63,743 nucleotides of DNA from Octopus bimaculoides (lineage: Eukaryota). The stretch's first letter is position 1. Each line of letters begins with the position of its first letter. Positions 36,951 through 49,669 of the stretch are shown piece by piece. The stretch spans positions 9,564,729-9,628,471 of the forward strand of contig NC_068982.1 in NCBI RefSeq assembly GCF_001194135.2, in the 5' to 3' direction. The notes below the pieces were generated by a model. The model saw only the letters and a program-made list of their open reading frames with translations, was not told the DNA's origin and searched no databases. The translations under genes were made by a program, and so were the position numbers.

Positions 36951-37495
36951 GAGTGGAGTGGAAGCCTACAGAATTGGTCCCTAGAGCAGTGGAAGAATAT
37001 TATTTTTTCGAACGAGTCATCCTTCACCTTATTTCCGACCACTGGCCGAGTATACGTGTGGAGACAGCCAAAAGAAGCATTTGACTGAGACTGCCATCTT
37101 CCAACTGTTAAACATGGAGGATGATTTATGATGATCTGGGAGGCTATATCTTGGAAATCTGCTGTCCCAATGGTTTCCTTTCATGGCAGAATTAATAGTC
37201 AAGACTATTTAAGCATTTTATCTGATCAAATTCATCCTATGTTTGCAGAACTGTTTCTGGAGGGAAACAAAATCTTTCAGGATGATAATGCACCAATTCA
37301 TACAGCTAAGGCTGTTGCTGAATGGCACGAGGAACATTCTAGTGAAGTTGAACATCTTATCTTGCCACCACAGTCCTCAGATCTCAATATTATTGAACAT
37401 TTATGGTGCATTTTAGAAAAACAAGTAAGGAGTCGATATCTCCCACCATCATCACTACAAGAACTGGAGACTGTTTTAGCTGAAGAATGAACAAG
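36951..37495 (+). mobile_element. Tc1-like (DD34E) transposase pseudogene fragment
   Basis: WSLEQWKNIIFSNESSF...VWR...TVKHGG*FMMIW...IFQDDNAPIHTAK...PPQSSDLNIIEHLW are the Tc1 catalytic motifs, with in-frame stops. Confidence 0.93.
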
Positions 37496-37565
37496 CCACG
37501 AGCCTCCGCTAACGCACACATGTTTGTACACTCACACACACAAACAAACACACACAGATATACGC

Positions 37566-37817
37566 ATTCTTTCATTCTTTTATTCTTTTACTTGTTTCAG
37601 TCATTTGACTGTGGCCATGCTGGAGCACAAATCGACCCCAGGACTTATTCTTTGTAAGCCTAGTACTTACTCTANNNNNNNNNNTCGACCCCAGGACTTA
37701 TTCTTTGTAAGCCTAGTACTTACTCTATCGTTCTCTTTTGCTGTACTGCTAGGTTACGGGGACGTAAACACACCAACATCGGTTGTCAAGCGATGATAAG
37801 GGGACAAACACACACAT

Positions 37818-37856
<39 letters not shown>

Positions 37857-38021
37857 CATAATAGGCTTCTTTCAGTTTCCGTCCACCAAATCCACTCACA
37901 AGGGTTTGGTTGACCCGAGGCTATAGTAGAAGACACTTGCCCAAGGTAGTACACGGTGGAATTCAACCAGGAACCATGTGGTTGGTAAGCAAGTTTCTTA
38001 CCACACAGCCGCACTTGCGCC
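37566..38021 (-). mobile_element. SINE family A, full length (spans a 10-N gap)
   Basis: Tail at left and head gcacttgcgcc at right. Confidence 0.92.
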
Positions 38022-38253
38022 TATATAAATATAAGTATATTCACATACATACACATGCGCAAATATATATGAGTGTGTTTCTGTGTTAGTGTGTCTCTGT
38101 GTTTCAATATTTCCATGGTCTACATGACGTTGCACTTCATGTTTTTGGTCCTTCACGTGGCGTAACATAGTCGTTCGAACAATAAGGTTTATCAAGTAAT
38201 ATAGAAATAATAGTTTGATCGATAAAATCCACTTCATGAGTGATAAGATGAAA

Positions 38254-38296
<43 letters not shown>

Positions 38297-38306
38297 CTTT
38301 GTTCCT

Positions 38307-38352
<46 letters not shown>

Positions 38353-38678
38353 CGTACCAGTGTGTGTGTACGAGTGCATGGATGTGCGTGTGCGTGTGTG
38401 TGATCATAGAGAGTGAATTTAGGAATTAATGTCGGTTATAGAAGGAAAACAAAAGTTCTTATTCAATTAGTGAAACCGTTTGGAAGTACGTTACGTTTAG
38501 AATTTGAAAGTTCGTCGATATGGTTGCTTATAGGTTGGAGCGACACATACAAATAACCAGGTAAAATATGTGTGTGCATGTATGTGTGTGTGTGCCATAT
38601 CCGTATATATATATATATGTGTGTGTGTATGTATATATGTATGTATAGATATGTGAGTGTTTGTGTGTATGAATATAC

Positions 38679-38733
<55 letters not shown>

Positions 38734-38900
38734 TAGAGAGAGAGAGAGAGAAACAGATAGACAGAGAGAGAAAGAGGGAAAGGTACACATAGATATAGAA
38801 ACGTACATATTTATATAGATATATATGTGTACATGTGTCTGTGTGTATGTATCTTTGTACGCATGTGTTTGTATGCGTACCTGTATATATACACACACTG

Positions 38901-38970
<70 letters not shown>

Positions 38971-39399
38971 GTATGAATTCTTACATGCACATACCATAAA
39001 CACATTATATATTATACATTATACCTGATATCACAAAGAGAAATCGATTGATGGAATCTCGCTAGTAGAATGGGTGCACAGTGTAAATTGATGCAAATTT
39101 AAAACCTTGTTTCTCTGGTTAAGTGTTTACAGCCTCAAAAGTATTTACTTTTCTGCGAAGAAATTGCGTATATCCATCTATCAGAATTTATTAAAGTGGA
39201 TTTCTACTGTCGATGCATTAATGGTTATTGAGATGTATCTTCCAGGAGTATTTGAACGTACGTTTTCCAAAGTTCAATAAATCTGAGACACCGTTAGATT
39301 CGTCTTTCTCCCGACGTTGGTTGGTATTGCTTTAATTGCAGTTATTTTTAATGCTTCATTCCCGAGTCGCTGGTTTCCTGGATTCTGTGACGTACACAT

Positions 39400-39562
39400 T
39401 TTGCCCCTGGACAAGCACCATTCCGGTTGAATGCACTGAAGCAACGTGGAATGAAGAAGTGTTTTTTACTCACGAACACAAACGCATTGCCCGTACCAAG
39501 AATCGAAACCACAATCTTGTGATCATGATCAGTGCCTTAACTACTAAGCCAGGCGTTTCCAC
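39400..39562 (-). mobile_element. tRNA-derived SINE 5' fragment, similar to the 11891 head type
   Basis: Minus strand tggcttagtagttaagg A-box and gtttcgattctt B-box, followed by gtgttcgtgagtaaaaaacacttc..cacgttgcttcagt. Confidence 0.65.
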
Positions 39563-39585
39563 TGGTTATTAATACTTTTTATTAA

Positions 39586-39990
39586 GGCGGCATGCCGGCC
39601 GAATCGTTATCAACGCCGGACAAAACACGCAGCGGCATTTTGTCCGTCTTCGTGCTCTGAGCCTAAAGTTCGCCGAGACAGACTTTGCCTTTCATCGGTT
39701 TGGGATTCATAAAATAAAATAAGTACCAGTTAAGCACAGGGGTTCGAAACTGCTGGCCCCTGCTAAAAAAATTTGTTCTTGCTGTTCAAAAGCGGTGAAT
39801 TGGCAAAATCGTTAGCAAGGCCAGACAGAATACTTAGCGACATTTCGTGAGTTCAAATTCGGAGCGAGGTCGACTTTCCCTATCATTCCTTTTGGAATTA
39901 ATAAAATAAGAACCATCTGAGTATTGGGAGGGCTAATCGACTAACCCTCTCTCCCAAAATTCCAGGCTTTGTGCGTATAGTAGAAAAGAT
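39586..39990 (+). mobile_element. Two diverged family C SINE copies (39586-39747 and 39791-39990)
   Basis: Both have the family C head and gactttgcc/gactttccc core. The second has tail A. Confidence 0.8.
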
Positions 39991-40444
39991 TGTTATTATT
40001 ATGAGATGTTGTTTCAGTATATTTATAACAATATTTTCATTTTCTAAATTGTAAAATCGATCAAATTTCCCCATTTTAAAGATATTATTAAATGCATTTA
40101 TCTTTTCCAACATATATTCGTTCGACTTTTCTCTCCTACAATCTCTCTCTCACTCGCTCACTCACTTTCTCTCTCTCTCCGTATTTATATGTATATATTA
40201 TATATGTGCGTCTGCATTTGTGCATATTTAAACTAAAATCTGTTTATCACATTTTAAATACTATCTTTCTCTCTTCTTTACAAACAGTACATTTTGAGCG
40301 TGTTTATTCATGTATATATGTATAAGTGTATATACATATATGTGTGTATGTGTGCGTGTGTATGTATGTATGTATGTATCTATCTATCTATCTACCTAAC
40401 TATCTATCTAGCTGTCTTTCTGTCTGTCTGTCTGTTTGTCTCTG

Positions 40445-40549
<105 letters not shown>

Positions 40550-40726
40550 ATATATATATATGTACATATATACACTTGCAAAAAAGAGAATAGAAGTCAA
40601 AATATGTGCATATATATATTTTATCAACTTTCGGCCATATATAAACACATGTATTTATACGTGCATAGATAGACAGACAGACACAGACGCATACAAATAG
40701 GCACATACATACATACATCTACATCT

Positions 40727-40765
<39 letters not shown>

Positions 40766-42057
40766 CATACAATTACATGCATATATATATANNNNNNNNN
40801 NNNNNNNNNNNNNNNNNNNNNNNNNNNNNNNNNNNNNNNNNNNNNNNNNNNNNNNNNNNNNNNNNNNNNNNNNNNNNNNNNNNNNNNNNNNNNNNNNNNN
40901 NNNNNNNNNNNNNNNNNNNNNNNNNNNNNNNNNNNNNNNNNNNNNNNNNNNNNNNNNNNNNNNNNNNNNNNNNNNNNNNNNNNNNNNNNNNNNNNNNNNN
41001 NNNNNNNNNNNNNNNNNNNNNNNNNNNNNNNNNNNNNNNNNNNNNNNNNNNNNNNNNNNNNNNNNNNNNNNNNNNNNNNNNNNNNNNNNNNNNNNNNNNN
41101 NNNNNNNNNNNNNNNNNNNNNNNNNNNNNNNNNNNNNNNNNNNNNNNNNNNNNNNNNNNNNNNNNNNNNNNNNNNNNNNNNNNNNNNNNNNNNNNNNNNN
41201 NNNNNNNNNNNNNNNNNNNNNNTTCTGTTAGATGACACGAAGACATATTTATTTGAGTTTGTGTGGTTTACCAAAAACTCCTATGTTTTCGTTATGTTGC
41301 CCTCAGTGCATGCCTTGCAGGAGATTTATACAAAAGAATAAAAAAAGGACATAAATCACACATTAATGTTCTGCTTCATTTTGCTTTTGTTCTGCCCCCA
41401 TACACACATCTCTCAACACGGTCTTTTTTCTCTCTTTCCTGTAACAGCGTGCGTGCTCTAGCAGTTAAGATCATGCACGCAGAATTACTTTGTGGAAACT
41501 CTGGAATTTATTCACCTGTGTTCGTGTGTGCGTTTCACTGTTGATAACATTTCCAAAACACTGCTTTTGCTGCTAATCTCTCTGCATGGCCTTCTGTTTA
41601 AATATCTGTTATATGTTTGAATGCGTGTGTTTGTTTGCATATTGTATGTGCTTGTATGTTTGCGAGCTTTTGTGTTTGCGCATGTGACTCTGTTTAAGTG
41701 TATATGTATGTGAAAAGGCAAGAATACGCCAACACCCACGTACACGTACCCATACATGAATGAAGTAATACAATGTAAAATCATATATAATATGTAATAT
41801 ATATATATATATCTATCTATGTGTGTATGTGCGTGTGTGTATATATATGTGTATGTATATTCGCTTTATTTTTGCTATACACTCAGTCGTACATGACAAG
41901 TTGTTTGAAAAGAAAATGTTAGTTTCTTTTCTCAATTAATATGATAACTGTGTGAAGCGAAAGGAAACGTACAGATAAGAAAGAGAGGCGCAACAAGAGA
42001 AAACTGAATTCTTTAAAGAAGATAAATAGAGCTCTAAATAACTTATATAACAAAATG

Positions 42058-42114
<57 letters not shown>

Positions 42115-42329
42115 GTAGGTAGGTAGGTAGATAGGTAGATAGATAGGTAGGTAGGTAGGTAGGTAGATAGATAGATAGATAGATAGATAGGTAGATAGAT
42201 AGATAGATACATTTCTTTTATTAGCCACACAGGGCTCAACGAAGATGGGACAAATACAATGTAGAGCTTTTCTTTTTGGGAGGGGGAAGGAAGGAAAAAA
42301 AAAATTGGATAGATAGATAGATAGGTAGG

Positions 42330-42400
<71 letters not shown>

Positions 42401-42405
42401 GTAGG

Positions 42406-42468
<63 letters not shown>
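42058..42468. repeat. Two (GATA)/(GGTA)n arrays flanking a 96-bp unique core
   Basis: Arrays at 42058-42210 and 42307-42468 read directly. Confidence 0.95.
42211..42306 (-). mobile_element. Retroposon-type 3' end inside the GATA array
   Basis: Minus strand ...tttgtcccatcttcgttgagccctgtgtggctAATAAAagaaat then (TATC)n. Homologous to family C tail B. Confidence 0.6.
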
Positions 42469-42469
<1 letters not shown>

Positions 42470-43731
42470 CAAACGGACAGAAGACAGACAGACATATACA
42501 TAGATAAAGAGAGAGCGTGACAGAGATAAATAGACACATCGATACATGCATACATACATACATACATACATACATGCATACATACATACATACATACATA
42601 CATACATACAAGCATGCATGTATACGTACATAAATATTTACGCATATCTTCGAAATAAGGAATCGTACACATTTGTCTTACATAAGTATTTATTCATAGA
42701 GCGAAAGGCAGTTATAATAACATCGTGAGAAAAAAAAAAGTTGGAGAATAAGCAGATGCTAATCTGAAATGATAATGAGGAATTTAAAGAAATATTTATA
42801 TAAACTATAGTAATCGATTTTAGAATCGATAGAACATTATGGAAAATAGATTGGAAGTCAGAGGATGTTATGAATTGAATATTTGCAAGATAGCCACTGA
42901 CACTGCGTAACAGACACTAATTCTCTTATCATTCATCTTCGTATTACTTTGTTGTTTAGCCAAGGTTAACCCTGATAGAGCAGGTCCGTGATCAAAGGGA
43001 TTCTAGCTATGATCTTCACGCCTTTATATATAAAATAGGCTATGCTATCCTTTGTGCGCGTCAACCGAGCAAAAGTGGTGTCAGAGAAATTTGGTTAATG
43101 TTTCTAGCATGTCAGACGACTGCATAGAAGTTCTTTGTTTACTCGTAGACTGCATTGCGAATTCAAAGACTGTCTTGACGGCTCTATGCTTTCTTGTTGA
43201 CATTGTTGTTGCTGTTACTATCACCAATCAATATTGATTACTATTGACTACAGAATAACAAAAAAGTCGACTAAATCGATCACAGTGTATTACTGATACT
43301 TCTTTTATCGATTCCGAAAGAACAGAGAAATCGAGATCGATCTGTACAGGATATTGTCGTCTCCGAACTAGAAAGTATTTTTATTCTCAAAGCAGCTTTC
43401 CAACCAACTTTTCTTGTCTTAGCCATCTACATTCGGGTTATTGATTGTTGAGATCATTGAAATTTGTGTTGCCCTTGAAAAGATATCAATGTCAAATTAT
43501 TTCAGAGTTTTGTCTCAAAAATTTCAACTTTTGAATCCTGAGAAAAGCAAAATAATATTTAATAGGTTTTGGGCGTAGAACTAGCGGTAAAAAAAAAATT
43601 AAGAATGCAACAGAGTTTTTGTTTCAAGTTGAAAGTTATTTTATTTTGCTTAAAGTGGTAACCTTGAAAAAGTTCATCTCAAAAATCACATTTTCATCTA
43701 TTAATTTGCAAAGAACTTGAATTTAAACATA

Positions 43732-44155
43732 GGCGCAGGAGTGACTGTGTGGTAAGTAGCTTGCTTACCAACTATATGGCTCCGGGTTCATTCCTACTGC
43801 GTAGCACCTTGGGCAGGTGTCTTCTACTATAACCTCGGGACGATCAAAGCCTTGTGAGTGGATTTGGTAGAGAAAAACTGAAAGAAGCCCGTCGTATATA
43901 TGTATATGTATATATGCATGTGTGTGTATGTGTTTGTGTGTCTGTGTTTGTCCCCCAGCATCACTGGAAAACCGATGCTGGGGTGTTTACGTCCCCGTAA
44001 CATAGCGGTTCGGCAAAAGAGACCGATAGAATAAGTACTAGGCTTACAAAGAATAAGTCCTGGGGTCGATTTACTCGACTAAAGACGGTGCTGCAGCATG
44101 GCCACAGTCAAATGACTGAAACAAGTAAAGAGTAAAAGAGTAAAGCGTAAAAGAG
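43732..44155 (+). mobile_element. SINE family A, full length and well preserved
   Basis: ggcgcaggagtgactgtgtggtaag head, gggttcattcc B-box, (GTAAAAGA)n tail. Confidence 0.95.
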
Positions 44156-44284
44156 AGAATAATAAATTACCGGTTATACTGGTTTCTACTCTTGTGAAAA
44201 CGCCCTTTTCTATTACCAGAAACTTCTTCGGACCCTTCCAACATTACCAAAGGATTTATAATCTTAAAAAAAAACATTATTTAC

Positions 44285-44743
44285 ATTTGGTCGTCTCCCT
44301 CATTGGACACGAAACTCAGCTTGCGAAGACTTATTGGGGCAAACGAAATCGAAATTGTGATGGCATCTGTGTCCAGCGACGCCTTTCTAGCACTTGTGCC
44401 CGCGGCATGTGTAAGGAATTTCGAACGAGATCGTTGCCAATGCCCCTGGACTGGATCTTGTGCGGGTGGCACATAAAATACACCATTTTGAGCGTGGCCG
44501 TTGTCAGTGCCGACTGACTGGCCTTCGTGCCGGTGGCACGTAAAAGCACCCACTACACTCTCGGAGTGGTTGGCGTTAGGAAGGGCATCCAGCTGTAGAA
44601 ACTCTGCCAAATCAGAATGGAGCCTGGTGTAGCCATCAGGTTTCACCAGTCCTCAGTCAAATCGTCCAACCCATGCTAGCATGGAAAGCGGACGTTAAAC
44701 GACGACGACGACGACGATTATGATGATGATGATGATGATGATG
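44285..44743 (+). mobile_element. Retroposon 3' region (RTE-partner-like) with internal ~65-bp tandem units and (GAC/GAT)n tail
   Basis: Units begin at 44396, 44460 and 44527. ggttggcgttaggaagggcatccagc core; ends ...ggacgttaaac followed by a trinucleotide tail. Clade assignment is from recall of similar tails, not from an ORF. Confidence 0.65.
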
Positions 44744-44744
44744 T

Positions 44745-45123
44745 TGATAGATATTTGTCCTCATCTTGTTTATTGTTAACACAGCGTTTCATCTGATATG
44801 CCCTCCAGCCTTCATCACGTGTCTTGGGGAAATTTTGAACTTGAGTTCTCATTCCTAAGGTATTTCGTCTGCCGTTACGTTCTGAGTTCAAATTCAGCCG
44901 CGGTCGACTTTGCTTTTCATCCTTTCGGGGTTGATTAAATAAGTACCAGTTATGCACTGGGGTCGATGTAATCGATTTAAATCTTCTTTGCGTCCTTGTT
45001 TGTCCCCTCTATGTTTGGCCCTTTGTGGGCAATAAAGAAATTGGGGTTAGTAGCCCGCGCTCTTAACTACTACGCCATATACCCGTGGGCAATTATGAAG
45101 TGAATTTTAGGGTTTATAAGTCT
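44745..45123 (-). mobile_element. H1 element, left inverted arm, hammerhead core inactivated, interrupted by SINE C
   Basis: Minus strand GACAC-GUGAUGA...CAGAU-GAAA-CGCU at about 44779-44825 has three substitutions. The tRNA-like head and upstream extension lie at 45041-45123. Confidence 0.85.
44866..45040 (+). mobile_element. SINE family C with tail B, 5'-truncated
   Basis: gtctgccgttacgttctgagttcaaattc...gtgggcaataaagaaa. Confidence 0.9.
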
Positions 45124-45180
45124 AATATTTTCCTATCCTTCCTTAATACAGGTTCCCATATGCTACTCATATCCGCTTTG

Positions 45181-45515
45181 AGATTTATAAGCCCTAAAAT
45201 TCACTCCATAATTGCCCACGGGTATTTGGCGTTGTGGTTTAAAATCGCGGGCTACTAACCCCAAGATTCCGAGTTCGATTCCAGGCAGTGATCTGAATAA
45301 TATTAATAATAATGATAATGACATCAAAAAATACCTTAGGAATGAGAACCCAAGTTCGAAATTTCCCCAAGACACCTGATGAAGGCTGGAGGGTATATCA
45401 GCTGAAACGTTGTGTTGGCAACAAACAAGATGAGAACAAATATCTGTCAAATGTAAATAATGTAAATAATGTAAATAATGTACATAATTCCTCATCTCTC
45501 AAATACAGAACTGTA
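45181..45515 (+). mobile_element. H1 element, most complete copy
   Basis: About 40-bp upstream extension, tRNA-like head (anticodon-like arm GGG-CTACTAA-CCC, B-box gagttcgattcc), (AAT)n, hammerhead, (ATGTAAATA)3, ending agaactgt. Confidence 0.92.
45371..45416 (+). ncRNA. Type I hammerhead ribozyme motif (H1)
   Basis: GACAC-CUGAUGA(45376-45382)-A-GGCUG..CAGCU-GAAA(45404-45407)-CG-UU^GUGUU. Predicted cleavage after 45411. Confidence 0.78.
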
Positions 45516-45847
45516 TAATCTTGAAAAGGCTTTGCTTAAGGTGACACAGAGAACTCTCTGCAGTTGATAACCTGCAATAAAAAGAAGTCAAATTCATTTA
45601 AAATAATGAGCCATTATTATACTAAAAGATACTTTATTCAAGTTCGTCTTTAATGTGCAAGAAAGGGTTAAACTACAAAAATTCTTCCTAAAATTTATTG
45701 TTTTCTGAAATTATATATATTTAGAGCATGAAAATTTTATTAATCGCTCTGGCAAGATCTATTCCTATAGTATTCGGATAACTGAGCACTGGAAAATTTC
45801 AGTGAAAATACTGTCTGTATATTTGAAGCAGCCTGTATTGTTTCTAG

Positions 45848-46270
45848 CAGAGCAGCATGCAATTGTCTATGCACAAATATATCAGCTACGAAGTATGTGT
45901 GTGTTGTAGTCAACGATTGATTTAGAGAAAAATTGATTGTCATTGCGAAAGTCACTCGAACCGGAAACTGTAATCGGGAAAGGGTGAAGTGCTAAGTAAT
46001 GTTGCGGCAAAATGATATATACTGTGTAATGTTCACATACTGGAACAATGTTGCCTTCAGTCACGCGTTCACGTAAATGGACTGTTTGAATTCTTGCTCC
46101 CTTGAAATATCTACTTGTCATATTTATATTTCCTAACCGCAATACAACAGACCCTCTTCACAAAGTAAAGTATACAGGGCAGTCCACCATCGATACAACT
46201 GTTTAGGAACATCATTAGAGAAGTGTACAAATTGTCTTAATCTTCGAAGGAATCAATAACTTTGTAACTC
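45848..46270 (-). mobile_element. Helitron/PIF1-type helicase C-terminal remnant, heavily decayed
   Basis: Minus strand across stops and frameshifts: YKVIDS (46267-46250), FLNSCIDGGLP (46209-46177), RLQFPVRVTFAMTIN (QFP..TIN at 45970-45932), IFVHRQLHAAL (45880-45848). These follow, in order, the Helitron helicase consensus Y.S.DS / FLNS...GLP / RRQFPVRLAFAMTINKSQGQ / VFSHGQLYVAL. Confidence 0.78.
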
Positions 46271-47172
46271 TTTCTTCAAAAATGTTGACGCTCTTCTAAT
46301 TTATAGAATAAAAAAGAACATTTGGTATTGGATAAAGCTGGTAATTTTGGAGACTAAGCTGTTGGGAAAATTGACCTGATATTATTTCACTTTCATTTGA
46401 TACGACCTCAGCACCATTTGAAAGCTCATCGTTGCCATCAAATTCAATTTGTTTATTTCCTTCACCGAACACAAAGTAAAAAGATTAATAGACACGTTAC
46501 CCTTGATTCTGTGGGCGAAAATTCCTTATCAGTTTCAGATCCATCATTCCTTTAAAAATGATAAATGCTTCCTAGATCTTCACGATAGCAACTCTGCTAG
46601 ATTTCATTTTGTTCGTCAACAATTGCCTTCATATACTAAGATCTTGCCTCCAAAAGTTAAACCATTTTACACGCAAAATTCAAATCAATTTTACATGCCA
46701 ACAGATGAAGTAAATGTCTCAAACTATTCTTGTTGATATCAATGATGCAAGCACATTTCCCGTCAGCTGAAATAGGAATTTAGAATTTTGAATGAGTGAT
46801 ACAAGTAATTTTGTAAGACAGGGCATTGAGAACTTGATAATCCAAACAAGCTTCCAGGACCATTTGTCAAGAACGGAATGAAAATTGGGTTGTTGATCCA
46901 ATAAGGTGTAACATTTTTATCAAGTCTCTTAAGGCAATGCTTCTTTTAGACTATTAGCTTCAGTTTTCTGCAGGAACATAGAATTTTGAGAGTATCGGGA
47001 AATAATTCAAAAAGTTGCCATGTTGAAGGTAAATACAATTTCGATGACAGAAAGTTTACAAACCTGTGATAACATACTTCTAACTATTCATCATCGACGA
47101 CGCCATTTTACCATTGACAACTTGGGATTTTGAAAGGATCCCAGTTGACCTGAAAATTCTCAAAATAGTAAT

Positions 47173-47356
47173 ATTCTTTTCTATTCTAGACACAAGGCCC
47201 GGAATTTTGGGGGAGGCGCTACTCAATTAGATCAACCCCAGAACGCAACTGGTACTTAATTTATCGACCCCGAAAGGATGAAAGGCAAAGTCGACCTCGG
47301 CGGAATTTGAACTCAGAACGGAACGGCAGACGAAATACCGCTAAGCTCTCCGCCTT
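47173..47356 (-). mobile_element. SINE family C with internal deletion
   Basis: Tail A, core and B-box present; part of the head is missing. Confidence 0.9.
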
Positions 47357-47975
47357 CTCAAAACAATAATATTAACAGGAACAAATGTCGAAGTTGAAAC
47401 ACAAAGCATATCTCAAAATCACAGATATCACTCTAATTTATCAACTTCAGAAACGGTCAGAATAAAACCCGTCTGTAAAGGTGATTCCTTCTGTTTGGCG
47501 TCACTATTCCTCTGCAATTTTCAGTTTCAAAAATGAGCTTTCCCAATTTTGTGTCGTAAAGTAATACAGAAATTATATATATCAGAATCTTGAGACCCGA
47601 CAAATTACATATCTGTTTTTTTTGTTTTTTTGTCTCGCCTTCAATTTACAATTTCTGTTGTCTGTTTGTGCAACAGTGATTCCATTATCACGCACTAATT
47701 TGTGGGAGTAGCTAGAATATTCTGACCGGAGGGATTATACACTTTACATAGCGGATTCACTATTAGCCATCTAATTTGGTAAGAATACACATTTAGAAGT
47801 GTAGGATAGTAATTATGCTTGAACAGATCTGTAGTGTTAGGTGCCCTAAAGTGCTGAACCTTTCCTAATTACATATGAATTTCTTTCGAACGCATTGAGA
47901 TTCTCAAAATTCACCTCTGTTCCTAATAAACAAAACAAGTATAGGAAGCTTAGTGCATGTAAACAAACATAACTA

Positions 47976-48329
47976 CCGTAAATCCTCGAGTATAGTCCAC
48001 CCTTGAGTATAATACGCAGGGGATTTTTAGGGGGCTGTACCTCTGAAAAACCTAAACCTTGTGTTTAATACGCACCCCTTCTCTAACTTGAGTCAAGGAG
48101 GTCTATATAACGTCCTTGGTTTGTAAACGTATATACGGTAACGTCCTTTATTATTATTGTATATATAACATAATGCAAACATTTAGCATTTTTGTGCACT
48201 TTGTTTGCAGAAAATAAAGAAATAACAGTAATAACGTCAGTGAAAAATAAATATTAAGTAAATTGCCTTTACATATTTATCACTTGGAAAATTTGGCTTA
48301 GAAAATATTTTTCATTTTTAACCTCGTAT
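47976..48329 (+). mobile_element. Tc1/mariner-pogo-type DNA element left end, running into an N gap
   Basis: TA followed by ccgtaaatcctcgagtatagtcc, with repeated gagtataatacgca subterminal motifs. The other end is not visible. Confidence 0.55.
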
Positions 48330-48867
48330 NNNNNNNNNNNNNNNNNNNNNNNNNNNNNNNNNNNNNNNNNNNNNNNNNNNNNNNNNNNNNNNNNNNNNNN
48401 NNNNNNNNNNNNNNNNNNNNNNNNNNNNNNNNNNNNNNNNNNNNNNNNNNNNNNNNNNNNNNNNNNNNNNNNNNNNNNNNNNNNNNNNNNNNNNNNNNNN
48501 NNNNNNNNNNNNNNNNNNNNNNNNNNNNNNNNNNNNNNNNNNNNNNNNNNNNNNNNNNNNNNNNNNNNNNNNNNNNNNNNNNNNNNNNNNNNNNNNNNNN
48601 NNNNNNNNNNNNNNNNNNNNNNNNNNNNNNNNNNNNNNNNNNNNNNNNNNNNNNNNNNNNNNNNNNNNNNNNNNNNNNNNNNNNNNNNNNNNNNNNNNNN
48701 NNNNNNNNNNNNNNNNNNNNNNNNNNNNNNNNNNNNNNNNNNNNNNNNNNNNNNNNNNNNNNNNNNNNNNNNNNNNNNNNNNNNNNNNNNNNNNNNNNNN
48801 NNNNNNNNNNNNNNNNNNNNNNNNNNNNNNNNNNNNNNNNNNNNNNNNNNNNNNNNNNNNNNNNNNN

Positions 48868-48929
<62 letters not shown>

Positions 48930-49618
48930 CGCACACAAGATTCCTATACAAATATGCATATCTACTTACACCTGTATGTATGCATGTTTACATACACACG
49001 CATGTATGTCTGTATATTTATGAATTGAATATATATATGTATGTGCATGCATTTACATTTATTAATTACGTACATACATACATATATATCTACATACGTG
49101 TGTGTGTATTTATGTAAGTGCGGTCATTTATTCTATGTTTGATATATGCATGTATCTATATTGATACGAAGTACATTTCTCTACCCACTCCTTCACAAAC
49201 TATTCTTAATATTTCCACTACATTTCCAATAAACGGAGTAAACACAGGCGACTGCTGCAGCTAAAGTAATTGGTTAAATTTAAAAGCCCGCGTAAAGCGA
49301 AATATACATCAGTTTTCATGTGAAATGTGTATCTCGTAGGCGTGTACGCTCCCATTTTTCTTCCTGAACAGACCTACCCGTACACATATACCTACATAAG
49401 ACTACACGCTTAAAAGCATCCATTACTATTTGGATGCTCTTAGCAGAATTCAAACTGTGCAAGGTTTCAGGCACAGTTATTATGTACAAGGATACACCGT
49501 TCTTTCTCCGTACCGCAAACGTTCGTCACTGTAGTTTCTTATGGTTGCTCTCACAACTTAAGACATTTACAAACACACATATTCAACATACGCATATAAA
49601 CATAGATTTATATAGATA

Positions 49619-49669
<51 letters not shown>

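Noticed and set aside
37630-37730. Apparent 44-bp tandem duplication inside a SINE
   Set aside because: The two copies sit on either side of a 10-N gap, typical of unmerged contig overlap. The same applies around 36718.
41919-42672. Overlapping 130-230 aa ORFs rich in YLSI and YVCM
   Set aside because: Translations of (TATC)n and (TATG)n arrays.
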